A DNA stretch of 64,000 nt from Candidatus Bathyarchaeota archaeon (lineage in GTDB: Archaea > Thermoproteota > Bathyarchaeia > TCS64), in contig CAVYLP010000006.1 in NCBI GenBank assembly GCA_963769425.1, positions 480,001 through 544,000 on the forward strand. Direction: 5' to 3'. The stretch's first letter is position 1; every line of letters begins with the position of its first letter. Positions 42,576 to 52,701 of the stretch are shown piece by piece. A model generated the notes under the pieces. It did no database searches. It was not told the DNA's origin and worked only from the letters and a program-made list of their open reading frames with translations. The position numbers and the translations under genes are program-made.

Positions 42576-43784
42576 ATGGCGAACAAGGGTGTAAAGGTTC
42601 CCACATTGTTGTGGTATGGGAAGAAGGAACTGACCCTCTCCTTCCCGCCGGAGTGGAATATTAATGTTCTAAGGATGGACGGTCACGATGACAAGAAGCT
42701 GAGTGGAGGGGGAATCGAGCACGCCTTCTCAAAGCCCATCGGCTCAAAGCGGATCCGCGAACTGGCCAAGAATCGCAAGGAGGCCGTCATCATGTTTGAC
42801 GACATGACCAGGCCGACCCCGATCAGTGAACTCGTGCCCTACATCTTGAAGGAGTTGAATGAGGGGGGCATCTCCAACGATCACGTAAGGTTTGTCTCGG
42901 CTCTCGGTGCCCACGCCCCCATGGACCGGGAGGACTTCGTCAAGAAGCTCGGGGAGGACATTGTCGAGGAGTTCCCGGTCTTCAACCATAACCCATTCGG
43001 TAATTTGACGGACCTCGGGAAGACGACGAGGGAGACGCCGGTCAGGATCAACAGCGAGGTCATGGGCTGCGACCTGAAGATAGGCGTTGGCCTTTGCTGC
43101 CCCCACACGCAGGCGGGCTTCGGCGGCGGGGGCAAGGTGATACTACCGGGCGTCTCCTCGATTGAGACGATCATCGCCAACCACAAGCTCGCAACGAAGT
43201 GGGGGGCGATCGAGGACTGCCTTTTCCGCCTCGATATCGAGGAGACGGCGAGGATGGCGGGACTGGATGTCAAGGTCGACACAATTGTGAACGAGAAAGC
43301 AGAGCTTACGGGAATCTACGTCGGGGACTTCATCGCCGAGCACAGGGAGGCCGTCGAGAGGGCGAAGAAGGTCTACGCCATCCACCCCCAGAAGAAGTAC
43401 GACGTAGTCGTCACAAACGCCTACATGAAGCACAACGAGGGGCTGCTCGCCGTACGGCTGATCAACAACATGATCAAGCCCGGGGGAACGGCGGTGTTCG
43501 TCGAGGACGATCCGAAAGGGCCGGTGTGGCACTATCTCGAGGGAAAGTTCGGAAAGGACTCCGGTGGCCCCTTCTGCGCCCTCCACAGGCCCATGAGAGA
43601 CGTTGGCAAGGTGATAATCCACTCACAGTACAAGATGAAAGACCCCTGGTACCCACTATACGACCCGGATAATCAGGTCTGGATGAAGAAATGGGACGAC
43701 GTGGTCGAGGAGCTTCGAAATAGGCATGGGGACCACGCGGACGTCGCCGTGATCCCGGAAGCCACCATCACCATACCCGGATAA
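42576..43784 (+). CDS. Lactate racemase (LarA) domain protein
   Basis: PIGS..L, DDMTRP, ALGAH, HN, PH..AGFGGGGK..LPG. Confidence 0.85.
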   Translation: MANKGVKVPTLLWYGKKELTLSFPPEWNINVLRMDGHDDKKLSGGGIEHAFSKPIGSKRIRELAKNRKEAVIMFDDMTRPTPISELVPYILKELNEGGISNDHVRFVSALGAHAPMDREDFVKKLGEDIVEEFPVFNHNPFGNLTDLGKTTRETPVRINSEVMGCDLKIGVGLCCPHTQAGFGGGGKVILPGVSSIETIIANHKLATKWGAIEDCLFRLDIEETARMAGLDVKVDTIVNEKAELTGIYVGDFIAEHREAVERAKKVYAIHPQKKYDVVVTNAYMKHNEGLLAVRLINNMIKPGGTAVFVEDDPKGPVWHYLEGKFGKDSGGPFCALHRPMRDVGKVIIHSQYKMKDPWYPLYDPDNQVWMKKWDDVVEELRNRHGDHADVAVIPEATITIPG

Positions 43785-43819
43785 TTGTGGAAGTAGAGTG
43801 AAGAGTTCAGTTTTTAATA

Positions 43820-43895
43820 TGGAGCCGGGCGAGGGATTCGAACCCCCGTAGAGCTGCTCTGCAGGCAGCCGCCTAAACCGCTCAGCCAACCCGGC
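43820..43895 (-). tRNA. tRNA-Cys(GCA), intronless, CCA encoded
   Basis: Cloverleaf GCCGGGT..GCCCGGC-T-CCA, anticodon loop CT-GCA-GA, GTTCGAATC, U73. Confidence 0.95.
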
Positions 43896-43948
43896 GCGCA
43901 AGAGAGAAAGGAGAAGGGGGCTGAATATAACTTTTCAGCTACCCGATC

Positions 43949-44284
43949 TCAGTGCGCCTTCGAGGTCTTACGGATAAGCTCGACGGCCTTCTCGTCGCCG
44001 TGGCGGGCTCTGTACGCTTCTATCCCAGCCCTGTAGACGGCACTCCTCCTCCCCTCGGGGTCGTTCGGGTCGAACATCTCCACGAATTTGTCGCAGGGGA
44101 ACTCACCGCAGGCGCCGCAGTGCTTCGCCTTGTGCTCCTGCGCGCAGGTGTAAGTCGGGCATGTCCCCCAGAAGGGCTTGCCCTTGATCTCCGTGCAACC
44201 AGCGCAGCTCGGCTGCTTTTCCCCCGTGTGCCACTCGCATGAGCCACAATCTAAGCCGCATGGACTCATCATCGTTTTAGTCAT
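43949..44284 (-). CDS. DUF3795 family Cys-rich protein
   Basis: CGLDC..C, C.GC, C..Y.C, CG.C.EFPC. Confidence 0.85.
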   Translation of the reverse strand: MTKTMMSPCGLDCGSCEWHTGEKQPSCAGCTEIKGKPFWGTCPTYTCAQEHKAKHCGACGEFPCDKFVEMFDPNDPEGRRSAVYRAGIEAYRARHGDEKAVELIRKTSKAH

Positions 44285-44358
44285 AACAACACCGATCGCC
44301 TTGAGGCTTGTCGGTTTAAAAGTGGTTCGAATAATCGTCAACTGGTGTTGGGTGAATG

Positions 44359-44437
44359 TGGTGGGACCGCCCGGATTCGAACCGGGGACCACGCGGGCCC
44401 AAGCCGCGTATCTTAGACCAAGCTAGACCACGATCCC
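44359..44437 (-). tRNA. tRNA-Pro(TGG), intronless, CCA encoded
   Basis: GGGATCG..CGGTCCC-A-CCA, anticodon loop CT-TGG-GC, GTTCGAATC. Confidence 0.95.
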
Positions 44438-44601
44438 AGCACCCGGTTAATCGTAGCGGCTGCGTTTTATCTTTATCCCCCCGCAGGGGTTGTCTTGGGA
44501 ATTTATTTGACAGTGAAAGCTAAAAAGAGGGGGTGTAACTAGATTATTTGGTGTATTCGTCGAGTGGCGTTGTGCCCCGGGCAGGGTTAGGTGGAGAGAG
44601 A

Positions 44602-45111
44602 ATGGGTCCTATAATCGGAGTTGAAGCGGTGAGGATGCTCAACGAGGGTTCATTCAATTTGATGACCACCACCGAACTTGACGAGATGCCCTTTGGCCCC
44701 CATTCGAGGAGGATACTGGACGAGGTCACCTTCTCCCCCATCAGGGAACCGGTAAAGGTCAAGCTAATTGCTCGCAAGGTTGGGCTCTCGGAAAAGCAGG
44801 CAAGTCTAAGCCTCGAGTGCATGGTCAACAGGAGAGATCAAGTCTTCACTAAGTTCAAGGACCCCGACCTCATCAAGTACTCTATTCAGGCACAAACCCT
44901 CCGGACGCCTGTGAGAACGGGTTGGCTCAACGAGGCTCTAAGCGACCTCACAGTAGCAATCGACGAGTTGGGAGAGAGTTATCTGGCGACGAAGCTGGAC
45001 AGGCTCTTCGGAAGCTACAACAGGCTCCCTTGGAATTATATACCACTTATAAAGTTCAATGAGCAGCCGATCTACGCGCAGATGCAGCTCGCAGCGATGA
45101 AACTTCTCTAA
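44602..45111 (+). CDS. Hypothetical protein
   Basis: Long ORF filling the tRNA-pgk gap; ATG at 44602 after a GGAG; start uncertain. Confidence 0.6.
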   Translation: MGPIIGVEAVRMLNEGSFNLMTTTELDEMPFGPHSRRILDEVTFSPIREPVKVKLIARKVGLSEKQASLSLECMVNRRDQVFTKFKDPDLIKYSIQAQTLRTPVRTGWLNEALSDLTVAIDELGESYLATKLDRLFGSYNRLPWNYIPLIKFNEQPIYAQMQLAAMKLL

Positions 45112-45119
45112 GCGTGGGC

Positions 45120-46340
45120 TTAACCCCACCGTTTCTTCGACTTAGCCATGGCTTCTATAACGGGTAAGTCCTCGCCTGCGAGTAGGCTTAACATGGCTCC
45201 GCCGCCGGTACTGACGTGCTTCATCTTGTCGTCTATTCCGAGCATGCTGGAGAGGCCGCCCAGGTGGCCTCCGCCGACTACGGTGTAGCCGGGGGCTTCC
45301 GCTATGACACGTAGGAGTTCCTTGGTTCCGACGTCGAAGCCGCGGCGCTCGAACATGCCGAGGGGGCCCTCTGCGACGACGGTGCCCGCCTCCCTGATGA
45401 ATTTGCTGAACTTCGCAACCGTGTTGAGGCCGATGTCGTAGATGTTTGTCTCGTCGGTGATCTGGCTGGTGAGGACCTCGATGCGTCCGCCCTTGGTGTC
45501 TAGGGCGACGTCGACGGGGAGCTCTATGTTCTTCTTGTACTTCTTGAATATCGCCCCTGCCTCGTCGACGAGCTTCCTGTCCTCCGGCTTGAGCGCCGCG
45601 TAGCGCTCGGGCATTGCGCCTCCCGCCATGTGGAAACTGTCGCGTATGAGTCCGCCGATGAGTATGTGGTCCGCGATCTTGTCCTTGAGGACGCGGTTGA
45701 TGACGGGGATGCGGTCGTCTACCTTTGCGCCGCCTAGGAGGTAGACGGTGGGGCGGGCGGGGTTGTAGATGACCTTGTTGAGGGCGCTGAGCTCCTTCTC
45801 CATGAGGCGCCCCGCCACCATGGGCATCACCTCGCCGAAGGCGGTTAGGCTCGCTGAGCCCCTGTGGGCTGCGGCGAAGGCGTCGTTGACGCAGAGGTCG
45901 AAGTAGGGGGCGAGGGTCTTGACGAGCCCCGTCTCCGCCAGTTTCTCGGGGGGCGCGTCGAGGTTCTCATCCTTGTGCATGCGGAGGTTGTTGAGGACGA
46001 GTATCTGGCCGGGTTCGAGGGCCTTTATGGCCTCCTGGGCCTTGGGCCCGTCAATGTCCTCTACGAACTTCACCCTCCCGTTGTTATACATCTGTAGGAC
46101 CCTCGTGTGGGCTTCGAGGTTTGTGAAGTCGTACTTTCCGGGGCGGCTCTGGTGTGCTCCGAGCACCACCTTTGCCTCCCTGAGATCCTTTAGGGTTGCC
46201 TCCGTCGCCCGTATCCTCGCGTCGTCGAGTATCCTCTTCGAAGCCGGGTCGAGGGGGCTGTTTATGTCCACTCTGAGGAAGACGCTCTTCCCCTTCACGT
46301 CTACGTCGTTTATCGTTAGAAAGTCGAACATTATGGGCAC
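45120..46340 (-). CDS. pgk: Phosphoglycerate kinase
   Basis: RVDINSP, HQSRP, NDAFAAAHR, GGAK, STGGGA. Confidence 0.96.
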   Translation of the reverse strand: MPIMFDFLTINDVDVKGKSVFLRVDINSPLDPASKRILDDARIRATEATLKDLREAKVVLGAHQSRPGKYDFTNLEAHTRVLQMYNNGRVKFVEDIDGPKAQEAIKALEPGQILVLNNLRMHKDENLDAPPEKLAETGLVKTLAPYFDLCVNDAFAAAHRGSASLTAFGEVMPMVAGRLMEKELSALNKVIYNPARPTVYLLGGAKVDDRIPVINRVLKDKIADHILIGGLIRDSFHMAGGAMPERYAALKPEDRKLVDEAGAIFKKYKKNIELPVDVALDTKGGRIEVLTSQITDETNIYDIGLNTVAKFSKFIREAGTVVAEGPLGMFERRGFDVGTKELLRVIAEAPGYTVVGGGHLGGLSSMLGIDDKMKHVSTGGGAMLSLLAGEDLPVIEAMAKSKKRWG

Positions 46341-46419
46341 TCCTCGTGGGGTCGCCTCTACTCAAACCTTAGCATGCCGTATAAAAGAGGTGTCGCCCGG
46401 ATTATGCCACATTTGGGGC

Positions 46420-47371
46420 TTAGACGCAGGTGAGCCGGAGGAGGGTGTCGCCCTCGTTTACGGTGAAGTGGGTGCGGAGGAATGTGACGGTACCGTCGTA
46501 GGGTGCCTTTACTTCCTGTAGGTTGTCACCGACGAGGCTGTAGACGGAGCCGAGTAGCTGCCCCTCCTTCACCTTGCCGCCGACGTCGACGAGCTTCCTC
46601 CAGACCCCGCCGCGGGTGGCGTGGAGTCGCCTCGACTCCGGGTCGACGGGCACCTTCCTCACTATGGGGTCGCCGGGGCTGATGCCGAGGTGGCGCATGA
46701 GGTTGTAGACGCCCTTGGCGAACCACCAGGCGTCCTTCTCCCTGATCGGGTAGGGGGCGCCCGCCTCCGTCATAACGCATGGGATACCCAAGCGGGGCAC
46801 GACCTCGCCCGTGTTGCCTGCGACCGCCGCTGTCTCGATGTAGTCGACGTCCCAGCAGCCTGCCATCTCCAGCATCTTACTCCGCAGTACCTCGTCATCA
46901 GTGTTGAAGACGAAGACGCTTCTCGTCGCGTCCTCACCGAGATCGGCTGAGTGGGCGTCGACGACGGCGTCCGCCTTGCTCAGAAACTCGGTCCAGACGG
47001 CGTGGGCGACCCTCTTCGTGAGGGGCCCCTCCGGGTCGCCGGGCCAGACCCTGTTCTGGTTGAGGTGGTCCCACGGGTTATCATATGGGGCACGGGCCTC
47101 GAAGCCGGTTGTGTTTACGACTGGGACTATGATGAGCCGACCCATCAGCGTGGATGGGGTCAAGCTCCTCGATTATCCTCATCAGCCCCTCGATCGGGGT
47201 ACACTCGAGGCTGTGGACGCCTCCTAGGACGCAGAGTGTGGGACCCGGGAAGAAGCCGTTGAAGGCCACCCATGGGACCCTGACCTCGTGGGTCGACGCC
47301 TCGGAGACCCTGAGGTATCCCTTGCCCCGGGTCCCCGGCTGGACCTCGACCCCAGCTATGCTCAGCGACAC
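46420..47371 (-). CDS. Succinylglutamate desuccinylase/aspartoacylase (M14) family, frameshifted near 47157
   Basis: GPTL..LGGVHSLE in one frame, then VPVVN..F, NRVWPG, DAHS, EAG and a lipoyl-like tail; one extra C in CCCC joins them. Confidence 0.8.
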
Positions 47372-47381
47372 GACTCGGCAC

Positions 47382-48539
47382 CTAGAGGGTGTAGTTGGCG
47401 ACGTAGGGGGCGCGCCAGTCCTTGTACCAGCCCACGACGAGTGGGCCGTCCTCCTCGATGAAGACGGTGTCGCTGCTCCAGAGAAGTTCACCCTCTGGGC
47501 CCTCAACAACTGGCCGGAGCACGATTGCCATACCCGGGCAGAGGACCGTATCGTCCTTCGCCGAGATGTACGGTGCCTCTACGTCAGCGACTCCGATGCC
47601 GTGTCCCAGGGCAAGCTTCTCGACTATCTTAATGCCCCTGTCCTTCGCCGCGGCCTTCATCGCCTTGTAGACGTCGCTGCACTTGGCGCCGGGCTTCATG
47701 CAGGATAGGGCGGCCTCCCTCAGGGCGACGAGGTGGTTGTACGCCTCCCTCTGCTCCGTCGTGGGGTAGCCCTGGGTCATAAGTCGGCTCCCGACGCCCC
47801 AGTAGCCGTCGAGGCTGTACCGGGCCTCCATCCTCACGTACTCCCCCGGCATGAGCTTCTTCTCGTGGCCTATGCCGTAGTAGGGGGCGCGTGGCCAAAA
47901 CTTGGCCGCGTTGGGGCCGCTGGCCCCCTGGCTGACACTGTGCCCGCCGACGACATCCAAGCCACGTTCTAGGCAGTGGACCCTCATCTCCTCGCTGAGG
48001 CTCATCTCGCTGCGTGTGCTCGTGATAAGGACGTGGTGCTGGGTGCCGAAGATGCCGTGGTCGACCTTGTATGAGACATCCTCAAGCAGCTCTAGCTCCT
48101 CGTCTGTTTTGACGGCGCGTAGCTCACGAATGAGTCCGTCGCAGCTAGCCCATGTGGCTCCGGGGAGACGCTTCTTTAGCAACTCCAGGGTGGCCTCGGG
48201 GACCCTGAGGAGATCGATGCCTATGCGGGCTTCCTTCTTGGTCTTGAGGAGGCTGCCCACGGCTTCGGCGAATGCGTCTACTCCACCCGAGTAGGTCTTT
48301 GCCTTCTTGACGCTGCTGAGGGCTACGACTGTCTCCTCCCACTCCTCGGGGGCGATGATTGTCGGGTCGCCCCTTTTGGGCCAGAGGACCGCCACCGGTG
48401 AATCTGGGTAGAGCACTAGGAAGGGGATCGCGGCCCCTGCCATGTAGGCGAAGTTGTCGGCACCCGTCACGAGGACGGCGTCGAAGGTCGAGCCCTTCAC
48501 ACCCGCGCATATCTTATCGTAGAGTTCCATGTCATTCAT
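47382..48539 (-). CDS. M24 family (creatinase/Xaa-Pro peptidase-like) protein
   Basis: Creatinase-N-like domain, R.VKT.EE, GY, PGA.C.DVY, GHGIG..EAP. Confidence 0.82.
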   Translation of the reverse strand: MNDMELYDKICAGVKGSTFDAVLVTGADNFAYMAGAAIPFLVLYPDSPVAVLWPKRGDPTIIAPEEWEETVVALSSVKKAKTYSGGVDAFAEAVGSLLKTKKEARIGIDLLRVPEATLELLKKRLPGATWASCDGLIRELRAVKTDEELELLEDVSYKVDHGIFGTQHHVLITSTRSEMSLSEEMRVHCLERGLDVVGGHSVSQGASGPNAAKFWPRAPYYGIGHEKKLMPGEYVRMEARYSLDGYWGVGSRLMTQGYPTTEQREAYNHLVALREAALSCMKPGAKCSDVYKAMKAAAKDRGIKIVEKLALGHGIGVADVEAPYISAKDDTVLCPGMAIVLRPVVEGPEGELLWSSDTVFIEEDGPLVVGWYKDWRAPYVANYTL

Positions 48540-48544
48540 CCTCC

Positions 48545-49693
48545 TCAGTGGACGGCCCTGAAGCCGATCACCTCGTAGATCGTCTCCCAGTTGCGGTACC
48601 AGCTCAGCTTTCTTGAGCCCTCGTTTGTGATCTCGTAGACGTCCCTGTCGACATATATCTCCCTGCGTGGGCCGAGTGTCGGGACGCCGAGCGCGACGAC
48701 GTTACCCGCCTTAAGCTCCTCGGGGTACCCCTCGACTATGTAGGGGGCCTCGAAGTGGCTGCAACCGACGCCATATCCGATTATGGGGCCGTGGAGCTTG
48801 ACTCCCATCTTCTCAGCCTCGGACTTGACCTTCTCGTATATCTTGTCGCACCGCGAACCGGGGATGAGTAGGCTCTCGGCGAGGAGCTTTAGCGCCTGGT
48901 TCTCCTCGTAGGCGTCCTCGACCTCGATCGGTGCGTAGCCTGTGTACGCCATCCTGCTTATGCTCGACCAGTAGCCCATGCTGCTCGTCGTCATGTCGGT
49001 GCGGATCAGCAGGTCCTCGTCGACGTCGCCGCGGTGAGGTGTATACTCGAGGCGGGTGTCGTCACCCATCGTCACGGCGAGGTGGCCGACGCCGCTCGCG
49101 CCGCTCTCGAAGGCGTGGACCCTAACGCGCTCCGCGAACTCGGGGACTGTGTAGCCTGGACCCCAGAGGGTGCCCTCGAGGTGGTTGAGGCCGTGGATTA
49201 TGCCCCTGTCGGCGAACTCGCAGCTGCTCTCGATTAGGGCGACCTCCGCGGGCGTCTTCGTGAGCCTCGCCTCGGCTAGCACGCCGTCCACGGGGGTTAG
49301 CTTCGCCTTCGTCGAGGCCTTGAGGGCCTCGACTATGCCGGCGGGGGTGCGCTCGGCATCGTACCCGAGGGTCCCCTTGTTGAGCCCCATCTCGGTGAGG
49401 GTCTTCGCTAGTGTCTTGACGAAGGCGGCTGGGTGCGGCCCGTCGTTCTCATCATACGCGACGGCACCCTCCATCCAGCCCTGGTCTTTCACGGCCTGGA
49501 GCCAATCGGCGGGGGTGACAACGGCGCAACTGTTCCCCTCGGATGGGATTATCGCCGCAGCGCGCCTCTCCGGGTAGTTATCCGCGAATGGGAGGGTTGC
49601 GCCGGTGAGGTACCGGAAGTTATCCGCCCCGAATGCTACGAAGGCGGAGCACCTGCTCGCGTCGACGAGCCTTCTGACAATGGTTTCATCCAT
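48545..49693 (-). CDS. M24 family protein, second paralogue
   Basis: NFRYLTG, RLTKTPAEV, GYW, GYGVG..EAPY. Confidence 0.8.
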   Translation of the reverse strand: MDETIVRRLVDASRCSAFVAFGADNFRYLTGATLPFADNYPERRAAAIIPSEGNSCAVVTPADWLQAVKDQGWMEGAVAYDENDGPHPAAFVKTLAKTLTEMGLNKGTLGYDAERTPAGIVEALKASTKAKLTPVDGVLAEARLTKTPAEVALIESSCEFADRGIIHGLNHLEGTLWGPGYTVPEFAERVRVHAFESGASGVGHLAVTMGDDTRLEYTPHRGDVDEDLLIRTDMTTSSMGYWSSISRMAYTGYAPIEVEDAYEENQALKLLAESLLIPGSRCDKIYEKVKSEAEKMGVKLHGPIIGYGVGCSHFEAPYIVEGYPEELKAGNVVALGVPTLGPRREIYVDRDVYEITNEGSRKLSWYRNWETIYEVIGFRAVH

Positions 49694-49764
49694 GGTGTAC
49701 TTCTCCTATTTAGAACGAGTTAGAGTATCGGGACCGGGCGTTAAGAAACTATTCCCGGAGGCGC

Positions 49765-51090
49765 CTACCTGATCTTGACGTACTCGTAGGCCTTCGTGGC
49801 GTTCTCGAAGCAGAAGTGTACCTTCTCGAAGCCGCTGCGCAGGTCGGCCACGTCCGCCTGGACCTTCTTCGGGTCCTCGCCGTCGACGACGACACGCTTC
49901 ATCAGCTCCGCGACCTCAGTCATCTCGCCCTCCTTCATGCCGAGGCGAGTGAGCTCGGCGGTGCCGAGGCGTATGCCGCCGGGGTTCATGTAGTGGCGCC
50001 CCTCCTTGACGTCCCATGGTAGGAGGTTGCGGTTGATGATTATCCCCGCCTTCTCCAGGCTCTTCTCAACCATTCCGCCGTCGCCGTACTTCGTGATGTC
50101 GATGAGGAGTATGTGGCTCTCCGTGAATCCCTTATGCTCGGCGAGCACTTTGAAGTTCCGCTCGTAGAGCGCCTGCCCCAGCGCCTTGCTGTTCTTGATT
50201 ACTTGGGTGGCGTAGGCTTCGCCGAACTGGATCATCTCGGCGCTGGCGATGGCGACGCCGGCGAGGGCGTGTAGGTGGTGGTTACTGACGAGGCCGGGGA
50301 GTGTCGCCTTTTTGATGGGCTCCGAGTACTTGTCCCAGCTAAGGACGGTGCCGTGCTGTGGGCCGAAGAAGGTCTTGTGGGTGCTGACCGTGACGGTGTC
50401 GACACCCTCCCTGAGGGGGTCCTGGAACCTCTTCCCGGCGATGAGGCCGCTGACGTGTGCGCTGTCGTAGTGGATCATGGCGCCGGCGTCGTGGAATACG
50501 CCCGCGAGTTCCTTCACCGGGTGGGGGAAGGGGAAGACGCTGCCCCCGAAGATGACGAGCTTCGGGGCCTTGCCCTCCTCGACCAGCTTCATGAGTCTCT
50601 GCGCAGTCTTGTCGACGTCGATGTTCAGCTCGTCGTAGTCGAGGGGCAGATACTCGACCTCGAGGCCTGTGACGGCGCCGGCTGTTCCTCCGAGGTTCTT
50701 CCTACCGTATGTTATGTGGCCTCCGCATGTGATTGGTAGGGCCATGATGGTGTCGCCAGGCTCCGTGAATGCGGTGTAGACGACGAGGTTTGAGACGACG
50801 CCGGAGATTGGGCGGGGGTCCACGAACTCTGCTCCGAATAGCCTCTTCTCAAGCTCGATGCACGTGGCCTCCACGCGGTCTATGTACTCGCACCCCGCGT
50901 AGACGCGCTCGCCGACCCAGCCCTCCGCGTACCTGTTACCGAAATCCGTGGTTAGGGCTTCGCGAACAGCTGGGCTCGGGATGTTCTCGCTCGCTATGAG
51001 GGGGATGTACCTGTTGAACGCTTTGTGGTGTTCCTGCAGTGTGCCGAGTATCTCGTCGTAGTACTGGCGTGGAGTCTTGACACTCATCAC
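49765..51090 (-). CDS. glyA: Serine hydroxymethyltransferase
   Basis: LIASEN, RYAEG, GGH, STHKT.FGP, GIRLGT. Confidence 0.96.
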   Translation of the reverse strand: MMSVKTPRQYYDEILGTLQEHHKAFNRYIPLIASENIPSPAVREALTTDFGNRYAEGWVGERVYAGCEYIDRVEATCIELEKRLFGAEFVDPRPISGVVSNLVVYTAFTEPGDTIMALPITCGGHITYGRKNLGGTAGAVTGLEVEYLPLDYDELNIDVDKTAQRLMKLVEEGKAPKLVIFGGSVFPFPHPVKELAGVFHDAGAMIHYDSAHVSGLIAGKRFQDPLREGVDTVTVSTHKTFFGPQHGTVLSWDKYSEPIKKATLPGLVSNHHLHALAGVAIASAEMIQFGEAYATQVIKNSKALGQALYERNFKVLAEHKGFTESHILLIDITKYGDGGMVEKSLEKAGIIINRNLLPWDVKEGRHYMNPGGIRLGTAELTRLGMKEGEMTEVAELMKRVVVDGEDPKKVQADVADLRSGFEKVHFCFENATKAYEYVKIR

Positions 51091-51151
51091 GTATCCAGAT
51101 GAGCCATGAAGCCGGAAATTTATGCTTTACCAAACGACACCGGTTTTGGGC

Positions 51152-51517
51152 TTAGTAGAAGTGCTGGATCTCTATGACGTAGCCCTCCGGGTCCTTGAGC
51201 ATGAATTGACGGAGGTTCATCCCTGGCTCGTCATGGGGCTCGTTCATCGTTGAGACGCCAAGTTTCTTGAAGTGGGCGTACCACGCATCTACATCGGGGA
51301 CTAGTATTGTGACCATGACGGGTTTATCCCTGCTAGGCCTCAGGCTCCCCTTCTTACCGTCAACGAGCCCTACGTTTGCAGTATCTGTAAGCTTCAGTAT
51401 CTTTGCCCAGCCCTGGTCAACGATGACTTTGAGGCCCATAGTCTCGGTGTAGAATTTCGTGGCCTTCGCGAGGTCGTCGTAGTATAGGAAAGTGACTAGA
51501 CCGTCGATCTTCGGCAT
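51152..51517 (-). CDS. VOC/glyoxalase family protein
   Basis: DL.KA.KFY...G, DVDAWY, DPEGYVIEI. Confidence 0.88.
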   Translation of the reverse strand: MPKIDGLVTFLYYDDLAKATKFYTETMGLKVIVDQGWAKILKLTDTANVGLVDGKKGSLRPSRDKPVMVTILVPDVDAWYAHFKKLGVSTMNEPHDEPGMNLRQFMLKDPEGYVIEIQHFY

Positions 51518-51825
51518 GTGACATATGTTCCTATTTTGTGCTCTTTAATTGTCTGTTTCTATTGCGTTATGATATGAGGTTAATTCGCTCTTTTAAGTTG
51601 TAACTTGGCCCCTATTTGGCCGGGGGGAGTTGGAGGCGTTAAACGTTCCTGTGGCTGGTTAATTACACCTCGCTACCCGACATGAGGAAAAATCATGGAA
51701 TGTGCTACCCTAACTAGGAATAACGTACTTAGTCCTTGATGGGGGGAAGCGGTTATATTCTTTTATCGGTGACTGACACTCGATAAGTGTTATAATTCCG
51801 GGTACCGTTGATCTCATTGATTTCT

Positions 51826-52695
51826 ATGGTGGATGAGCAGAAGGGTAGCGGTAATCTGAGGTGGGTCTCGACGGCTTGGCTGGAGGAGCACCTTGGAGAC
51901 GATCTGACGATTCTTGACACGCAGCCGGACTGCCACGACTACTTCCAGGCGCACGTCCCGGGAGCAGTGGCGTTGGAGGAGAAGACGCTGCGCGCCCCGC
52001 TGAGGGGGCTTCCCGCCGTCATACTCCGCCCCAGCTACGTCGCATCCCTATTCGGCAGGGTGGGGATAAGCAACGACAGACCGGTCGTCGTCTACACCGC
52101 CAAGGGTGGGTGGAAGGGCTGGGGGGACGGACTGGAGCAATGCATGGTCGCCTATGTCCTCCTCAGGATGGGGCACGGGAAGGTCTACCTCCTCGACGGC
52201 GGCATGGATAAGTGGATAGCCGAGGGGAGGAAGACGAGCCAAGTCTTCCCCAAAGTGAAGCCGGCCACGTTCAGACCCAAGCTCCGCGAGGACTTCTACT
52301 TAACCATGAAGGAGGTCAAGGAGTTTAAGGAGGAGAAGGGGGTCGTCCTCCTCGACGCACGTCCACCGAACATCTACAGGGGGGAGGCGGGGCCCTGGAT
52401 AAAATCGGGGCACATCCCCGGGGCCGTCAACCTCCCGTGGGCGAGCCTCATGGATGATAACAACAAGGCTCTGCTCAAGCCCGTGGCAGAGATCAAGAGG
52501 CTAGCCGATGCCATCGGTGCCACGAAGGAGAAGCGGATAATCTGCAGTTGCGGCACCGGCAGGGAGGCGACCAACGAGTTTACTATCTTCAGGCACCTCC
52601 TCGGGTACCCCAACGTCAAGGTCTATGAGGGGAGCTGGACGGAGTGGAGCAGCAGGCCGCGCAACCCCGTCGCCAAGGGGCCGAACCCGAGGTAG
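51826..52695 (+). CDS. Tandem-domain rhodanese/sulfurtransferase
   Basis: VSTAWL, HVPGA, LDGG..W, GHIPGA, CGTGRE active loop, YEGSWTEWS. Confidence 0.92.
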   Translation: MVDEQKGSGNLRWVSTAWLEEHLGDDLTILDTQPDCHDYFQAHVPGAVALEEKTLRAPLRGLPAVILRPSYVASLFGRVGISNDRPVVVYTAKGGWKGWGDGLEQCMVAYVLLRMGHGKVYLLDGGMDKWIAEGRKTSQVFPKVKPATFRPKLREDFYLTMKEVKEFKEEKGVVLLDARPPNIYRGEAGPWIKSGHIPGAVNLPWASLMDDNNKALLKPVAEIKRLADAIGATKEKRIICSCGTGREATNEFTIFRHLLGYPNVKVYEGSWTEWSSRPRNPVAKGPNPR

Positions 52696-52701
52696 AAGCT
52701 A

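Noticed and set aside
43820-44437. Integrated element at tRNA-Cys or tRNA-Pro
   Set aside because: No duplicated tRNA 3' end or integrase was found nearby by eye
51700-51722. Possible reverse copy of the array motif (CTACCCTAACTAGGAAT)
   Set aside because: Arm spacing is not 9 bp and the arms are degenerate
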